A stretch of 63,598 nt of DNA, filler included, from Globobulimina sp. (GCA_003354225.1; 40 parts of 40 records of this genome joined end to end with filler, not necessarily neighbours in it); one strand, 5' to 3'. Counted from the first letter of the whole stretch, positions 36,362 to 49,268 are shown. Notes: generated by a model from the sequence alone, not told the origin. Translations and numbers: made by a program.

Positions 36362-36641
36362 TGAAATGCCTATTTAATAATAAGCAAGTTTTTTACAAGT
36401 AACAAGTTTTTTAAAACCTCTACAAAATGGCACATATATTTTGATGCTCAATGCAATTTGGCATTATGTAGACGACGTAGAATATTTCGGATTGCTGCGA
36501 TTTAGTTCAGAAAATAGTTGACTTCAATATCACAATGATTANNNNNNNNNNNNNNNNNNNNNNNNNNNNNNNNNNNNNNNNNNNNTTAATTAATTAANNN
36601 NNNNNNNNNNNNNNNNNNNNNNNNNNNNNNNNNNNNNNNNN

Positions 36642-37845
36642 ATACCATGTTATCATTCCCCTCATCTGTGTATTATCCATTTTATTCAACACGCATTTAT
36701 TTATAATATATTTTTATTCGCACATTGTAGACTCTGTATTTTATGACCTTATCTCAACCATCTTTGCTGCGGCCATATACGCCCTCCCTTTTCTATTATT
36801 ATTCATTTTATACCATTTTAAGTTAAAATTTATCAAATTCGAAGATATTTTTTATGTCAGACAAGAATTGAAAAAAATAATAATGTGCCATGTATTGAAC
36901 TGGTGTTTTTACGTAATTTACAGAATAATTTCCCTTTCCTTCAAAGACTCCAACCTTTCCTTCAAATATAAATTGATCGCAATCACCATAAACCTGATAC
37001 TTTTGATGGAATTTCTGAGCGTATTCATTGCCACCAATTGGGTGAATAAAAAACTATCCGTGTTTGTGGTCGGAAACCGTTTGCGAATAACAAACAAATA
37101 TGTCGGTCACAGCGATCGCATCCCATTAATGTCGATATCGTCTGCCCCGCCGCCGGCATATACGGCTCATAACAAATGCAAACGGCACAGTATTAACAAC
37201 GACGATGACTCTGATGAAGATTTGAAGATTAACATAGAGATCAATGTCGATGTAAATATCAAACTTTGTGATATTTTATCGCATGAAAAAGGATTTGAAT
37301 CTTTCATATTGCATTTGAGCGCTGAATGGTCGATCGAAAATCTGTTATGTTTGGTGGAATTGTCGCAGTTTCAAATGTTTATTCATCGACATTTAGTTAA
37401 AAATAAGGCAAACAAACATAGAAACGAAGAGATATTTGGTTTGAGCATACTTTGGCCGCATAATGTTCCACGTTCGTTTATTGTGTACGGTGAGAAGCAA
37501 AAAGACGATCAACTTTTATATAATGATGATATACAATTTTATTATGTGTGTAAGATTAAAGCAAAACAGCTGTTTGAGAAATATATCAATACATCGGCCA
37601 TTTCGTCTGCTGAGTATGAAGTGAATTTGTCGTATAATATTCGGAATAAATTGATTTATTTAATGCGGAATGAATCGGATTGGATGTTGAATGAGTCAGA
37701 TAAGCAAAGTTTACATGATCTAATCCATATTTTTGATGCTGTGATCGAGGAGGTATTCCAACTGATGCAAGATGCGTTTAATCGGTTTAAAAAAACAAAT
37801 AACTTCCAAAAAGTTAAAGTATTAATCATTAACAATCAAAAATAG
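36642..37845 (+). CDS. Transmembrane RGS-domain protein (7TM-RGS type), 5' partial
   Basis: Hydrophobic helices, then LCDILSHEKGFESFILHLSAEWSIENLLCLVEL, LFEKYI..YEVNLS and IFDAVIEEVFQLMQDAFNRF. Confidence 0.9.
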
Positions 37846-38234
37846 ACAATCAATATATATATTCGGTGCAGTCACAATCACACTTTCAGACTCCACCGTC
37901 ATTGTTTTTCTTTAGTGTTTTGATTGAAAATATCTATATATAATGACACAAACATCAAATCATGCTCTCAGTCTATTGCCACTGTTGCAGATTAATAATG
38001 GAGGATGGAATACGCTGTTATTTGAGAACCAGATACAAATATCAGTTGCGTTGTGTGACTGTTGCCATGATGTCTGTATTGATGCGGTAGTATTAGGATG
38101 CGATCATATGTACGATGATATATATTTATATTGNNNNNNNNNNNNNNNNNNNNNNNNNNNNNNNNNNNNNNNNNNNNTTAATTAATTAANNNNNNNNNNN
38201 NNNNNNNNNNNNNNNNNNNNNNNNNNNNNNNNNA

Positions 38235-39725
38235 GAAGCTGCTGGAAAAAAAAAAAGAAAAGGCAAACATGGTCGCTTTGAATCTAAAAATCAATTCATT
38301 CGTCGTAGGCCAGTATCCGGAGTGCCAATGAGTGTACAGAAGCAGTTGCATGGCGTGACCGACGACAAAGTGTCCTCTCACTTGAAATTAATACATAGCA
38401 AACGCACGGAAAAGACCAAGCAAACCATCAAGTTCCTGAAAGAGTGTCTGTTGAAAGAAGTGCTGTTCCAAGGCATGGACGACGGGATGATCAACGAGAT
38501 CGTGGATGTGATGTATCGCGTGGACTGTCCCTTTGGTGAATGCATAATCCGGCAAAACGAGTACGGCGACGCCTACTTTGTAATCCAATCCGGTGCCTTC
38601 GACATCATCCACCAGGAAATGGACGGCGCGCAGCAAAAGATTGTGGGCGAAATGTTGCCGGGCAAAGCCTTTGGCGAAGGCTCGTTGTTGTACTCCATCC
38701 CTCGTGCCGCCACACTCAAAGCCACCAAACCCTGCGTGGTCTGGTCGCTCGACGCCACCAAGTTCCTCGAGATCCGGCAGAAAATCAGCCAGCAGGTCAA
38801 CGACAAGACGAGCTCAGTCGTGCGCTATCTCAAAAAAATCGACCTATTCAAGAAATATCACCATCAGGATTTGGTGGCCATTGGTCAAGCGGTTACGGAG
38901 CGGAAATACGCGAAAAACGCCCATGTGATACAACAAGGCGACGAGGCCTCGGAGTTCTTCATTGTCAAAACCGGCGCCGCCATCGCTGTGATTAAGACTG
39001 ACGACGGCAAGGAACAGACTGTCAAGAAATACTCCGATGGTGATTTTTTTGGCGAGCGCGGCATTTATAAAAACGAGAAACGTGCCGCGAGCATCATCGC
39101 CACGTCGACCACGCGATGTTATGTGATCAAAGCCATCGATTTTAAGAAGTTGTTGGCCAATCCGCTGAGCAAACAGTTTGAGGAACAAATCAAGCAATAT
39201 GACGATATCGCTTTTGATAACGGCATCAAACGGCCGTTCCAGAACTTAATCGCGTGCAAATTGCAAGATTTCCAGGTTTTGGGTATTTTGGGCGTGGGCT
39301 CCTTTGGGAGGGTGAGTTTGGTGAAGGACCCAAAATCGTCGATAACGTACTCGCTGAAAAAGGTGCGCAAAAACAAGGTGATCGAAACCGGGCAACAGGA
39401 GCATGTCCGCAATGAGCGAGCCGTGTTAGCCACTTTGGACTCGAGTTTCTGTGTGAAACTATTCGGGACATATTCCGACGAATTGAACATCTTCTTTTTG
39501 ATGGAGCCGGTGTTAGGCGGCGAGCTGTTCACTGTGTTGCGTTGGAACAAGCGTTTCAGTGAAAAGACCGCGCGGTTTTACGCGGCCTGCGTGGTGTTGG
39601 CGTTTGAGCACTTACACGGAAAGAACATCATTTATCGAGACTTGAAGCCGGAGAATCTGTTGATTCATAAGAATGGGTACTGCAAACTGGTGGACTTTGG
39701 CTTTGCAAAGAAACGCAACAATTCG
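38235..39725 (+). CDS. PKG: cGMP-dependent protein kinase: pseudosubstrate, two cNMP-binding domains and kinase N-lobe; partial
   Basis: RRRPVS, FGEGSLLYSIPRAATL, FFGERGIYKNEKRAASI, LGVGSFGRV, YRDLKPEN, DFGFAK. Confidence 0.93.
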
Positions 39726-39825
39726 NNNNNNNNNNNNNNNNNNNNNNNNNNNNNNNNNNNNNNNNNNNNTTAATTAATTAANNNNNNNNNNNNNNNNNNN
39801 NNNNNNNNNNNNNNNNNNNNNNNNN

Positions 39826-41149
39826 ATTTCATAGCCATTAATACGATATAATGCGCCCACAAATCTCTTTCTTTTTGATTGCCAGCCTCTAAAATAATAT
39901 CTTTCTTTTTATGTTCCTCCTCAATATGTATAATAAACATATCTTGCAACTCATCCTTCACATTTCCCAAACTAACAGATTTCACCTTAATTAATGAATA
40001 TATATCTTCATCAATCACCATATTCAATCCACTTTCATCAATATATAACCAAACAATCTTTGTTTGACCATCCTCGCAATGCAGTATCATCTCGCCGCGA
40101 TTCAATTCTTTTGTATCTACAATTAATGAATCTGATGTTTGCTAAATATTAATATAATAATATACAAACTAAATATTTTCAATGTAACAAACCTCTTCAT
40201 TTTGTGGTATTTCTTCAATGATTTCCTGTTGAACTGAGTTAATATTATTTTTGCTGATTTTACTTTTTTGTTCGCGGATTTTTTGCATGGAATTAGCGCG
40301 TGTTATTTCAGCCATTGTTTTACCATTTTCTTGTTGTTCAATCACCATACTTTTCATTGTAGAATCTAATTTGTTGATAAATAATTCATTCTTTTTTCGT
40401 TGCAAATGTTCGTCAATTGGTGCGATTACAAGTGTTTCTTTCTCATTTATGTTGGTAAAACGTGGATATTTTTGGTCTAAATATTGTTTATTTATATTTT
40501 CATCTTTGACAAAATCAATCCATTTTTTATTTTCATCATTTCGTTTCTCGATCATAATGGGAGAGGATAAGGAAACCACTGCATCGCCAAATAACTGCAA
40601 TTTATTTACATTGAGATATGGATGATGCGAATCAAACATTGAACATGTTCGTATTCGATGCGATAATATTTTGCTGGCTTCGCCATATAATGAATGTATT
40701 TCATTTGATATATTCTCCCATTTCTTATTTAAAATTTGTGCGGTTTCGTTTCTGTCTTTTTTCTGATTATCATTTCTTTCCTGCATATTTTTGTCCTGCC
40801 ACGAATTGCGAAGTAACAAACATGATTCCATTATTTTTTTCTTTTTGTAATAAACACATTTATTATGAAATTTACTCAATAAAACCATTTGGTGCACAAA
40901 ATTATGTATTCTCCGTTTCTTACGCATGTCTTCAATCGTTTTGCTTAATATTTTCGTTACTTTTACTATTCCATTCGCTGCAGTTTCTTCTTTGCGCTGT
41001 TGCCAATCTGTCAATTTCTTGTGCATTTCATCGGAAATTGAAGTTATATGCAAATGTTTCACAGCATTTAATTTATCACTGTTTCTAAAAAATACCTTTA
41101 TAAAATATGTATTATTTGATATTAAACCATGAATAAAATTACTTAACAT
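39826..41149 (-). CDS. Hypothetical protein with C-terminal PH-like domain; intron at ~40130-40180
   Basis: DIILEAGNQKERDLWAHYI is a typical PH C-terminal helix. Confidence 0.55.
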
Positions 41150-41690
41150 TTTTGGTTCCTATTTTATAATCATTGGATGAGAGAAAATGAAAAGTTGTGA
41201 ACAAAGCAGATATGAGCAATGGTGGATTCTGCAGCAAATTACAAAAATAATCAGCTTTTTCAAATAATGATTTAAATTTATTGTAGAGATAAGATATTTG
41301 TATACAGTATGAATATGNNNNNNNNNNNNNNNNNNNNNNNNNNNNNNNNNNNNNNNNNNNNTTAATTAATTAANNNNNNNNNNNNNNNNNNNNNNNNNNN
41401 NNNNNNNNNNNNNNNNNGCGTAAAGAATCTGATTTTTTATTCCAAAATACTGACGTCGACCATATGCATCCTACAAATATGACATTGACGTTGACATTGA
41501 GTGGATTTACTGTTGTTTGCTTGTTTGGAGTGTTTGCGATTGTTAATGTTTGTATATTGGCCGTGTATTACAGTGTATCAGCTAAAAAATGTGAAACTGA
41601 TTTATAATATTTTTTTTATTTATTTTTTTTTTCTATATAATTTATTAATTTATTATTTTTTTTCATTAAAAGTCATGCAGTTCAGTTCAG

Positions 41691-42908
41691 TCAAACATAT
41701 ATTCCATGAATTAAATGGAAAGGGATCCCATAACAAATGGGAGCAGCGCCATTTAAATATTTTAGTTTACAAACACAACGGGAGATGTTGACAGCTTTTG
41801 CGATATCAATAATTTGCTCCGCTGGTTTTAGCATACATTTCCTCAGCATTTGGCAACTAAATTGATCAATATCTTTATCCGTAACATCCCATAAATTGGC
41901 AATAACAATGGGACAGCAAGCAATCATGTAATAATTTGCAATGCCGTCCGATTCAAAGATGCCTCTTTTCTTCAATAAGCCGGAACTGCAACCCATTAAA
42001 AAGGCGATTGCTTTGATATTAAATGTTTGCAACTTGTGGCAATTTACAAATTCTTCGCCTCCGTTATGTCCGACATATAAAAAAACATTATTTTCTTCCA
42101 AACCATATCGGAACTCATCAAATGTCGGCTCAATGCCACGGATTCCATTCCATTCTTCATTCAATAATCTATCAAATCGTTGCTGACTTTTTTTCAAATC
42201 TCCTTTTGGATTTATTATAAAATAATATCTATTTTCGTTTTGCGCATTGTTATTTTTATAATTTTTATATTGCAAAACTCGCAAAGCTGCAAATTCGAAG
42301 CATGGTATTCGACAAATTGAAGGCAAACAAAACTGTAAAATTGGTATATTTTCCCATGGTAAATGTGCCAAAGTGTCGCCAATTGACATTATTAAGGGAT
42401 CGAAATCGGAGATATTCAACTTTGAAATCATAATAAATTTTTTATTTATACTTTGAATGTGCTGCTTAACTGTATCCAATAATTTGTTTAATAAATAATT
42501 CTCGCAAATGCAAAATATTGCAGATAATCCTCTTTTTATTTCATCATCGCAACATTCTCTCACTAGCATTAATTGCAATAATTTCGCAAATAATATCATT
42601 TTGCACGATCTTGCTTTGCTTTTTAAAACAAAACAAGTCGACAAATACTTTGCATTTGTTTTTTTGAGCAGATATTCGTTGATCGCAGTCACCAGCGCCT
42701 GGCACGAAGATTGCATTAATTTTTTGCTTTGCTTATGTCGGAAATGGGGAATAAATAAACATCGAAATATGCCTAAAATATTAAATTCTATTTCATCTAA
42801 ATGCGTTTTTAGTTTCTCATCCAATTTGTATCTATTTTGCCACCACAATTTTATCTCATCTTTGCTTACACACTTTTTTCCACAATGCGTCGATTCATTT
42901 GCTTCCTG
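41691..42908 (-). CDS. ESP1: Separase (peptidase C50) catalytic domain, 5' partial
   Basis: LPWENIPIL, IINPKGDL, FLYVGHNGG (His), LMGCSSG (Cys), ANLWDVTDKDID, YLNGAAPICYGIP. Confidence 0.96.
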   Translation of the reverse strand, partial: QEANESTHCGKKCVSKDEIKLWWQNRYKLDEKLKTHLDEIEFNILGIFRCLFIPHFRHKQSKKLMQSSCQALVTAINEYLLKKTNAKYLSTCFVLKSKARSCKMILFAKLLQLMLVRECCDDEIKRGLSAIFCICENYLLNKLLDTVKQHIQSINKKFIMISKLNISDFDPLIMSIGDTLAHLPWENIPILQFCLPSICRIPCFEFAALRVLQYKNYKNNNAQNENRYYFIINPKGDLKKSQQRFDRLLNEEWNGIRGIEPTFDEFRYGLEENNVFLYVGHNGGEEFVNCHKLQTFNIKAIAFLMGCSSGLLKKRGIFESDGIANYYMIACCPIVIANLWDVTDKDIDQFSCQMLRKCMLKPAEQIIDIAKAVNISRCVCKLKYLNGAAPICYGIPFHLIHGIYV

Positions 42909-43047
42909 CNNNNNNNNNNNNNNNNNNNNNNNNNNNNNNNNNNNNNNNNNNNNTTAATTAATTAANNNNNNNNNNNNNNNNNNNNNNNNNNNNNNNNNNN
43001 NNNNNNNNNGCTTTACAAACACGCCACACATATAATTATAACAATAT

Positions 43048-44175
43048 TTAATGCATTGGCATATGTAATATGTTTTGCTTATTATTTTTCTCTTTATTTG
43101 CATAATCCTGTTTATCTTTTGCTTTTTGACAATTTTTCAAACACACTGGACAATTCTGATGCTGATCTGGCAATTTCATCCCATAATCTTTACGGAAATT
43201 ATGACCACATTTCAGAAGTAAAACATTAGAATTGTTTACAGTTTCTGACAGATGTAATATGCTTTGCATATTATCTTTCTCTTTATCCACATCAGTTTTA
43301 CCTTTATGTTTATCTTTTGCTTTTTGGAAATTTTGCAAACACACTGGACAATTCTGATGCTGATCGAGCCATTTTATACAACAATCTTTATGGAAATGAT
43401 GACCGCATTTCAGTTGCAAAACATCGGAATCTTTGGCATATTCATCCAAACAAATAACACACAGCGCAGATTGCTCCGATATTTCGCCATCATCCATTAA
43501 GGCAAAATATGACTTACTTGCACATTCCAATTTTTTTATTTCTTTTTCCCTTTTTAAAGTTGCGTATGCTTGTTTTGATAATGGTATTTTAATTCTATTA
43601 CAGCAGCAACTTAATATTTGGTCAGGATAAAACAAATAACATAATTCACCTAAACCTCTAAATATAATCGCTAATAACACGATGAGTATACCGCTAGCCA
43701 CTACAATCGTGAGTGGAAACGTATAGTGTCCAGACCCAGCTTTGCAACATAAAACTCCGCCTTGCTGTTCATTTATTTTATAGATGCTGTCAATTAACGG
43801 ATCATCAAACAAGCCACATTTCCATGAACTGTTTGACATGGTTTTTATTTTATTTTTATTTAATACAAAGGAAAATGGATAGAATTCATGGTACTGTAAT
43901 ACGGGCAATGTATTGTTAATAATATCAACATTGCCGCAACCAAAGATATTGTCAAATGTGTTGACTTTTGTAATGTAAAACGTTCCTGGTTTTCCGCTAT
44001 CTGTACATGCTGATTGTTTTAATCCTAAATAGAGTATTTCTTGCTGCTCACAAATGTGATATTCGTTGTTTTCACCACAAAGGCTATCTGGTAATCCACC
44101 TGATTCAGTCCAGGATGCGTCGCAGCCCTTTATTAGATTGGGAATGAATACCGTTGAACAAGTATTGGTAGGCAT
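43048..44175 (-). CDS. Transmembrane RING-H2 E3 ubiquitin ligase with a duplicated, degenerate half-RING
   Basis: Cys-rich ectodomain, one TM helix, CVICLDEY..LKCGHHFHKDCCIKWL..CPVC, then a second LKCGHNFRKD..CPVC. Confidence 0.88.
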   Translation of the reverse strand: MPTNTCSTVFIPNLIKGCDASWTESGGLPDSLCGENNEYHICEQQEILYLGLKQSACTDSGKPGTFYITKVNTFDNIFGCGNVDIINNTLPVLQYHEFYPFSFVLNKNKIKTMSNSSWKCGLFDDPLIDSIYKINEQQGGVLCCKAGSGHYTFPLTIVVASGILIVLLAIIFRGLGELCYLFYPDQILSCCCNRIKIPLSKQAYATLKREKEIKKLECASKSYFALMDDGEISEQSALCVICLDEYAKDSDVLQLKCGHHFHKDCCIKWLDQHQNCPVCLQNFQKAKDKHKGKTDVDKEKDNMQSILHLSETVNNSNVLLLKCGHNFRKDYGMKLPDQHQNCPVCLKNCQKAKDKQDYANKEKNNKQNILHMPMH

Positions 44176-44601
44176 AGTGAGATAAGTTAATATGATTAGT
44201 TTTTTTTTAGATATAATTGCCGGTCCGATTATGATCGATTATGATTATGAATTCATGCATCGTGCAGCTGCAAGTTTAATATATGCGTGGATGTAGGGAT
44301 GTGGATAATAATTAATTGTCAAGAATGAATCCTGCGAATGAGAATATTTCAGATCTCTTGAAAACACCATTAATGTCACAGGAGGAGCAAATACAAACTT
44401 GGTGCTCTAATGGTGGTAATAAAAGAAAAAAACTGGATTTACAGTTAAATAGTAAAATCCTTGCGCAACAAAAATGTCACCAGGTTTTGTTTAGCACTGA
44501 CNNNNNNNNNNNNNNNNNNNNNNNNNNNNNNNNNNNNNNNNNNNNTTAATTAATTAANNNNNNNNNNNNNNNNNNNNNNNNNNNNNNNNNNNNNNNNNNN
44601 N

Positions 44602-44884
44602 CTCTCGATCGATGTAGGTTTCAATGTCTGTCGACAAATATTCGAAAAATCGAAATTTGCATACATATTTGATTAGCATAATTAGCATTAATTATGAAAT
44701 TTTTAATTTTTATTTTGCTCGCATAAAATCCGGCATATTATTAGCTCTCGATCGATGTAGGTTTCAATGTGTATCGATAAATATTCGAAAAATCGATATT
44801 TGCACATTTAATTAGCATAATTAGCATAAATTATGAATATTAAAAATTTCATTTTGCTCGCATAAAATTCGAGACATTATTAGC
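44602..44884. repeat. ~142-bp tandem repeat (2 copies) followed by a (CA)n microsatellite
   Basis: CTCTCGATCGATGTAGGTTTCAATGT...TTTTGCTCGCATAAAAT...TTATTAG at 44602 and ~44745; (CA)n at ~44913-44944. Confidence 0.9.
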
Positions 44885-46193
44885 TTTCATTTGATGCATA
44901 TTTCGTTTTAGACACACACACACATACACACACACACACACACAAACTCGTCTCGCATTTATAAGTAGACATATCGATTGTACCAATTTAACGAATTTAT
45001 GAATTAACCAATTCCTCTACACACACACACACACGTCACATATGTACCGTAGCTGTCCGAGTTTCTCAAAAACGTGCATGCGTGACGTTCTGTCATACTG
45101 TATCTGCCCTGTCAGGCAAGCCATTTGTAATATATGCAAATTATATTTTAGCTGCCACAACAACCAACGAATGTCAACCGATCGTCTTCCAGTTCAACAC
45201 ATGATGGACAAATAGAAACTAAAGAGGAGAGTGAATGCTTAAAGTCAAATGACATGTTGTTCTTCCGGAAAGATGTACAGCCATCGAATATGTCAGTATC
45301 TCGTCCCAAACAAAAATCATGTGATTATGAGGAATGCTATGATGATCAACAAGATGACTCTTTAGATGTCCCAATCAACTGGTCTGCTAGTTGATTGAAT
45401 TAACTGAATAATAGTTGTTGAATGTTGTCTCCAATTTCTTGTTGAAAGTGATATGATGTTATCGTGCTAATAGTAAATTGCTTAAATATGTTAATAGTTA
45501 AATTTGTGTTAGTTTATTGCTTTCATTCATACCCGGGCCTTGATGGTTGCCTGCCCTGCCTGCCCAAAATTAAATATGCTAGCTAATAGGCTTCTGGCTT
45601 TCTGAGTTGGTTGGTAACCTACAAACTTTATGATCTGAGAACTGAGAAAAAATGATCTCCTTGCTTTCAAACTAGCGACTCGTCTACTGTACTTACCAAC
45701 AATTTTATTCAACTTCTGGTCGGGTTCGAAAGCATTTAGGAAGACAATTATGTCTTCGACAGTTTCGTCCTCGATTTCAACTACTTTTGAACTACTACTG
45801 TTGTTTTTCTTTGAAATCTCCTTCACCAAAGAAAACCCAGTGGCCCGTCAAAGTTATGTTTCAAAATATGGGCGATGAATAAAAACGTTCAGTAAAGTAG
45901 TAGATGTTGTTCGGTCTTATGTTTACTTGAGAAACAGTCGGAGAATATGGTCTCTTAACTTTGAGTGATCAGTTCTAGGACAACAGAGCACTCGTGCGAC
46001 ACTAGCCATGACGGTCTAGCTTTCCACCGATCTCTGTTTATGTCATCTTGGCTGAACGTTCTTGTAGACAAAATGCGACTGATGAAATTTTTTNNNNNNN
46101 NNNNNNNNNNNNNNNNNNNNNNNNNNNNNNNNNNNNNTTAATTAATTAANNNNNNNNNNNNNNNNNNNNNNNNNNNNNNNNNNNNNNNNNNNN

Positions 46194-47685
46194 AATGTGC
46201 CAGGATATATAAACATAAACATAAATACATACCGTATACCTATACCATATACAGCGACAGCAACAGGTACAGTCACAGTGACACACAAAAAGCAGCAGCA
46301 ACCCCCAATAAACTCAGCCTGTGATAATTACTACGAATCTGAGCCTGAAATCGAAGAAGCCGAACTGGACTCAGGTTTGCATGATCTGTACGCATCCGAC
46401 ACGGAAGAATTTAAGAAAAACCGCTATTTATGTCGTCCAAACATCGACAAACAACCCATCCATTCCAACTCGTCCTCGTTAATCAGCGTATCTTCCTCAC
46501 CATCGCTGCCCTCACCGGAGCCATATAACTCGGGCAAGGATGCAAAGTACAACCATATGATCAGAAAATGCAACGACACGCATGTACAGAGTGAGAATAA
46601 TGATAAATCCGCACAAATCACCGACAAATCACCGGCCACATCGATCATAAATGAGTTGAATAACATGTATGACAGTGACGGTAGTACATATATACACGAT
46701 TTTAAATATTCATCCATCAATCAATCGTCTCCCATCACCCCCAAACCCAATGTGACTATGGACGGCAATTTCGATGCTTTTGCGTCACAGAATGCGTGCG
46801 ATAATAAGCCGAATCACCCCACTTTGGATCAGTGTGTGTTGTTCGATTCAATTGACACAATCTCGCAATCTGAGCGTGACACAGTGGACACTGCGATGAG
46901 TGCGACGGCCAACAATGCCAAACACAAATGGATCCAAAAAATGCAACGGCAAAAATCAACGTTTTCTGCATTGCTGCATTCATTCAAATCTTGCCATGGT
47001 ATGTACACAGTACACAGTGTTTGCTGTGCGTTTTTTTGCTTTGCGTCTCTGTTTTTGATGGTTGCTAAACTTGCTATAATCAGAGAAAGAGAGCGGTAAC
47101 ATTTGTACAGCAGATGTACAGAGCAGTAACACTGGCATTAATTATAGAAAAACAGAGCTATGTACACGTGATACAAAAGCCACTCTATTCAGCGAGTATG
47201 GCATCCGATGCATTGCCGATTTGTTGCATAGATTATCCACTGAAAAGTTGAAATATGGACGCGACAATGGACAGTATTTAGTATTAAACAGTGCGAGGAT
47301 ATTACATGATGCGTTCGAGCCGAATTTCATCGATTTGCTGCAATGCCACGTCCGTTCCACGGGATTGATGTTCGAGAATCACGTGATTTGCAGGAAATTG
47401 CCCATCAATAAATATAACAATACGCTCAAGTTTCAAAACAAACAAGATATTGTTTTCCGTGTTGTTGATGTTGGAGGTATACAATGCACGTAAATGTACA
47501 CACTTATTTTCTATATTTTGTATTTTCAGGCCACCGCAATGAGCGTAAAAAGTGGTCGTATGTACTGCAGCAAGACAACGATGTGATTGTCTTCGTGGTC
47601 TCCGCGGCGTCATTCTGTCCAGTTTTGTTTGAGGATTTCAAGAAAACTGCCATGCGCGAATCCATCGCGGTGTGGGACGACATTA
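46194..47685 (+). CDS. Divergent heterotrimeric G-protein alpha-like protein with long low-complexity N-terminus; introns 46999-47083 and 47477-47529
   Basis: Spliced reading FEPNFIDLLQCHVRSTG...FRVVDVGG|HRNERKKW..VIVFVVS..VLFED..MRESI. Confidence 0.85.
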
Positions 47686-48980
47686 NNNNNNNNNNNNNNN
47701 NNNNNNNNNNNNNNNNNNNNNNNNNNNNNTTAATTAATTAANNNNNNNNNNNNNNNNNNNNNNNNNNNNNNNNNNNNNNNNNNNNAACTTTGAATACTAG
47801 GATTCTAATACTAGGTTGAAAACCACTCTAGCTAACCCAAAAACCTTGCCAATCACAAAAGAAGTGTTTAGCAGTTTTTAATTGGGAGAAAAACCTTGAT
47901 ATCGTTGCTAGGACGAATGAAATGATACTGCGCATCAAAACATTTTTGGGTATCTCATGTTTTGCCTAGCATAGATTTCATGTTTCATAGGGAAATTTGA
48001 CAATACTTGGAATGTCATGGAAACTCAAATACGAATAATGCGGCGTGTTTTTTGCGGATCGGCATTGTGGAAGTTTCTCTGTTGTAGACTAGCATTGTGG
48101 AAGTCAAAAAGCATCACCGCAAACCATTTTTCATGTCAACATGAAATGAAGCTTAATGATTAACATGAAAAACTTTACCTCTGTAATGTCCAACATGCAG
48201 TCATGTTGTCGTTCGTCTCAAAGCGAGATGATTGTGAACTGCAAATGCAATCTCAATCCAATGCACAGTCCTCAAACTCCTGCCTAGCTCAAGTAGAGCA
48301 CTGGATAGATATATCCAGAGATTCATGTTCAAAGCCCCAACATCGTAAAATGGATCAAAAATTAGATAGTATTGCAAATCAATGAAAATATGAGTAAGTA
48401 CGATGGGGATAACAATAATAATGAAATGGTAAATATATTTTGCAATAAATTGGATGAAATGGATAAAAATAACAAACCGAAATTGAATAACATATTTCAG
48501 CATATCAAGAAACAAGAAATTAAATTAGATTCACTCAGAAACAAAAAATAGTAATCAATGAATTAAAACAAGATATAAAACGTGGAATATATTCAACAAA
48601 AACTGAATTAATTTCCGATACAAAAACTGAATTAATATGAGCTAATATCGGCTCATTTTTTGCGGAACAGAATTGTGGAGTTTTCTTACTTGTGAAACAA
48701 CAGTGTGGAGCAAAAAAAATAAATCCACAAAGCTTTTTTCATGTCAACATTAAATGCCTGACATTAAAAACTTTCTTGCATCAATGTCGAACATGGAGCC
48801 AACATTGGATCCGCTACACAGTGATTATTTCATCGTCGATGAATCATCAGTTCCAAATTCCAATCAAATTCAACAGTCGAATCACAACGATTCACCACAG
48901 TCACGTCATGATGTATCGCCTACAATGCCAACGATACCAACACAAAGCACATCTCCACAATTACTATCGTTGAGAAACGA

Positions 48981-49268
48981 CACAACACCACCAATTTTTG
49001 CTAACAAGCCTCGGGCATCATAAAGCACACTACCTAACGCAGAGGTAGCAATGCCTAATAGGATAAAAACTACGCTAAACCCGAGTACAAAGGCCAGCCC
49101 ATGGCTAAAGGTTTCCCACTTACTAGGTTCTCGTTCCTGTGCTACCGCCATTGAGCGTCCACCCAGGTAACCGATATAAGCCGGTACCAATGAAAGTACA
49201 CAAGGGGAAAGGAAGGACGCTAATCCAGCGAGGAAAGCTAAACCAATTCCGAGATTTGAATAATCCAT
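48981..49268 (-). CDS. ccdA: Bacterial cytochrome c biogenesis protein CcdA, N-terminal part, truncated at a junction
   Basis: AFLAGLASFLSPCVLSLVPAYIGYL, AFVLGFSVVFILLG, AKIGGVV; similarity stops abruptly at ~48980. Confidence 0.92.

Noticed and set aside
38388-39550. Several overlapping alternative-frame and antisense ORFs over PKG (and similarly over other long genes)
   Set aside because: Shadow ORFs expected from codon bias; no recognisable motifs.
21226-41693. Genome-wide reassignment of TGA to an amino acid
   Set aside because: TGA terminates GST exactly after a PTS1 SKL, and ends separase and the METTL23-like gene at expected C-termini.
45527-45829. BTB-like fragment (VVEIEDETVEDIIVFL)
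   Set aside because: Too short, upstream frames are interrupted, and similarity is too weak to call.
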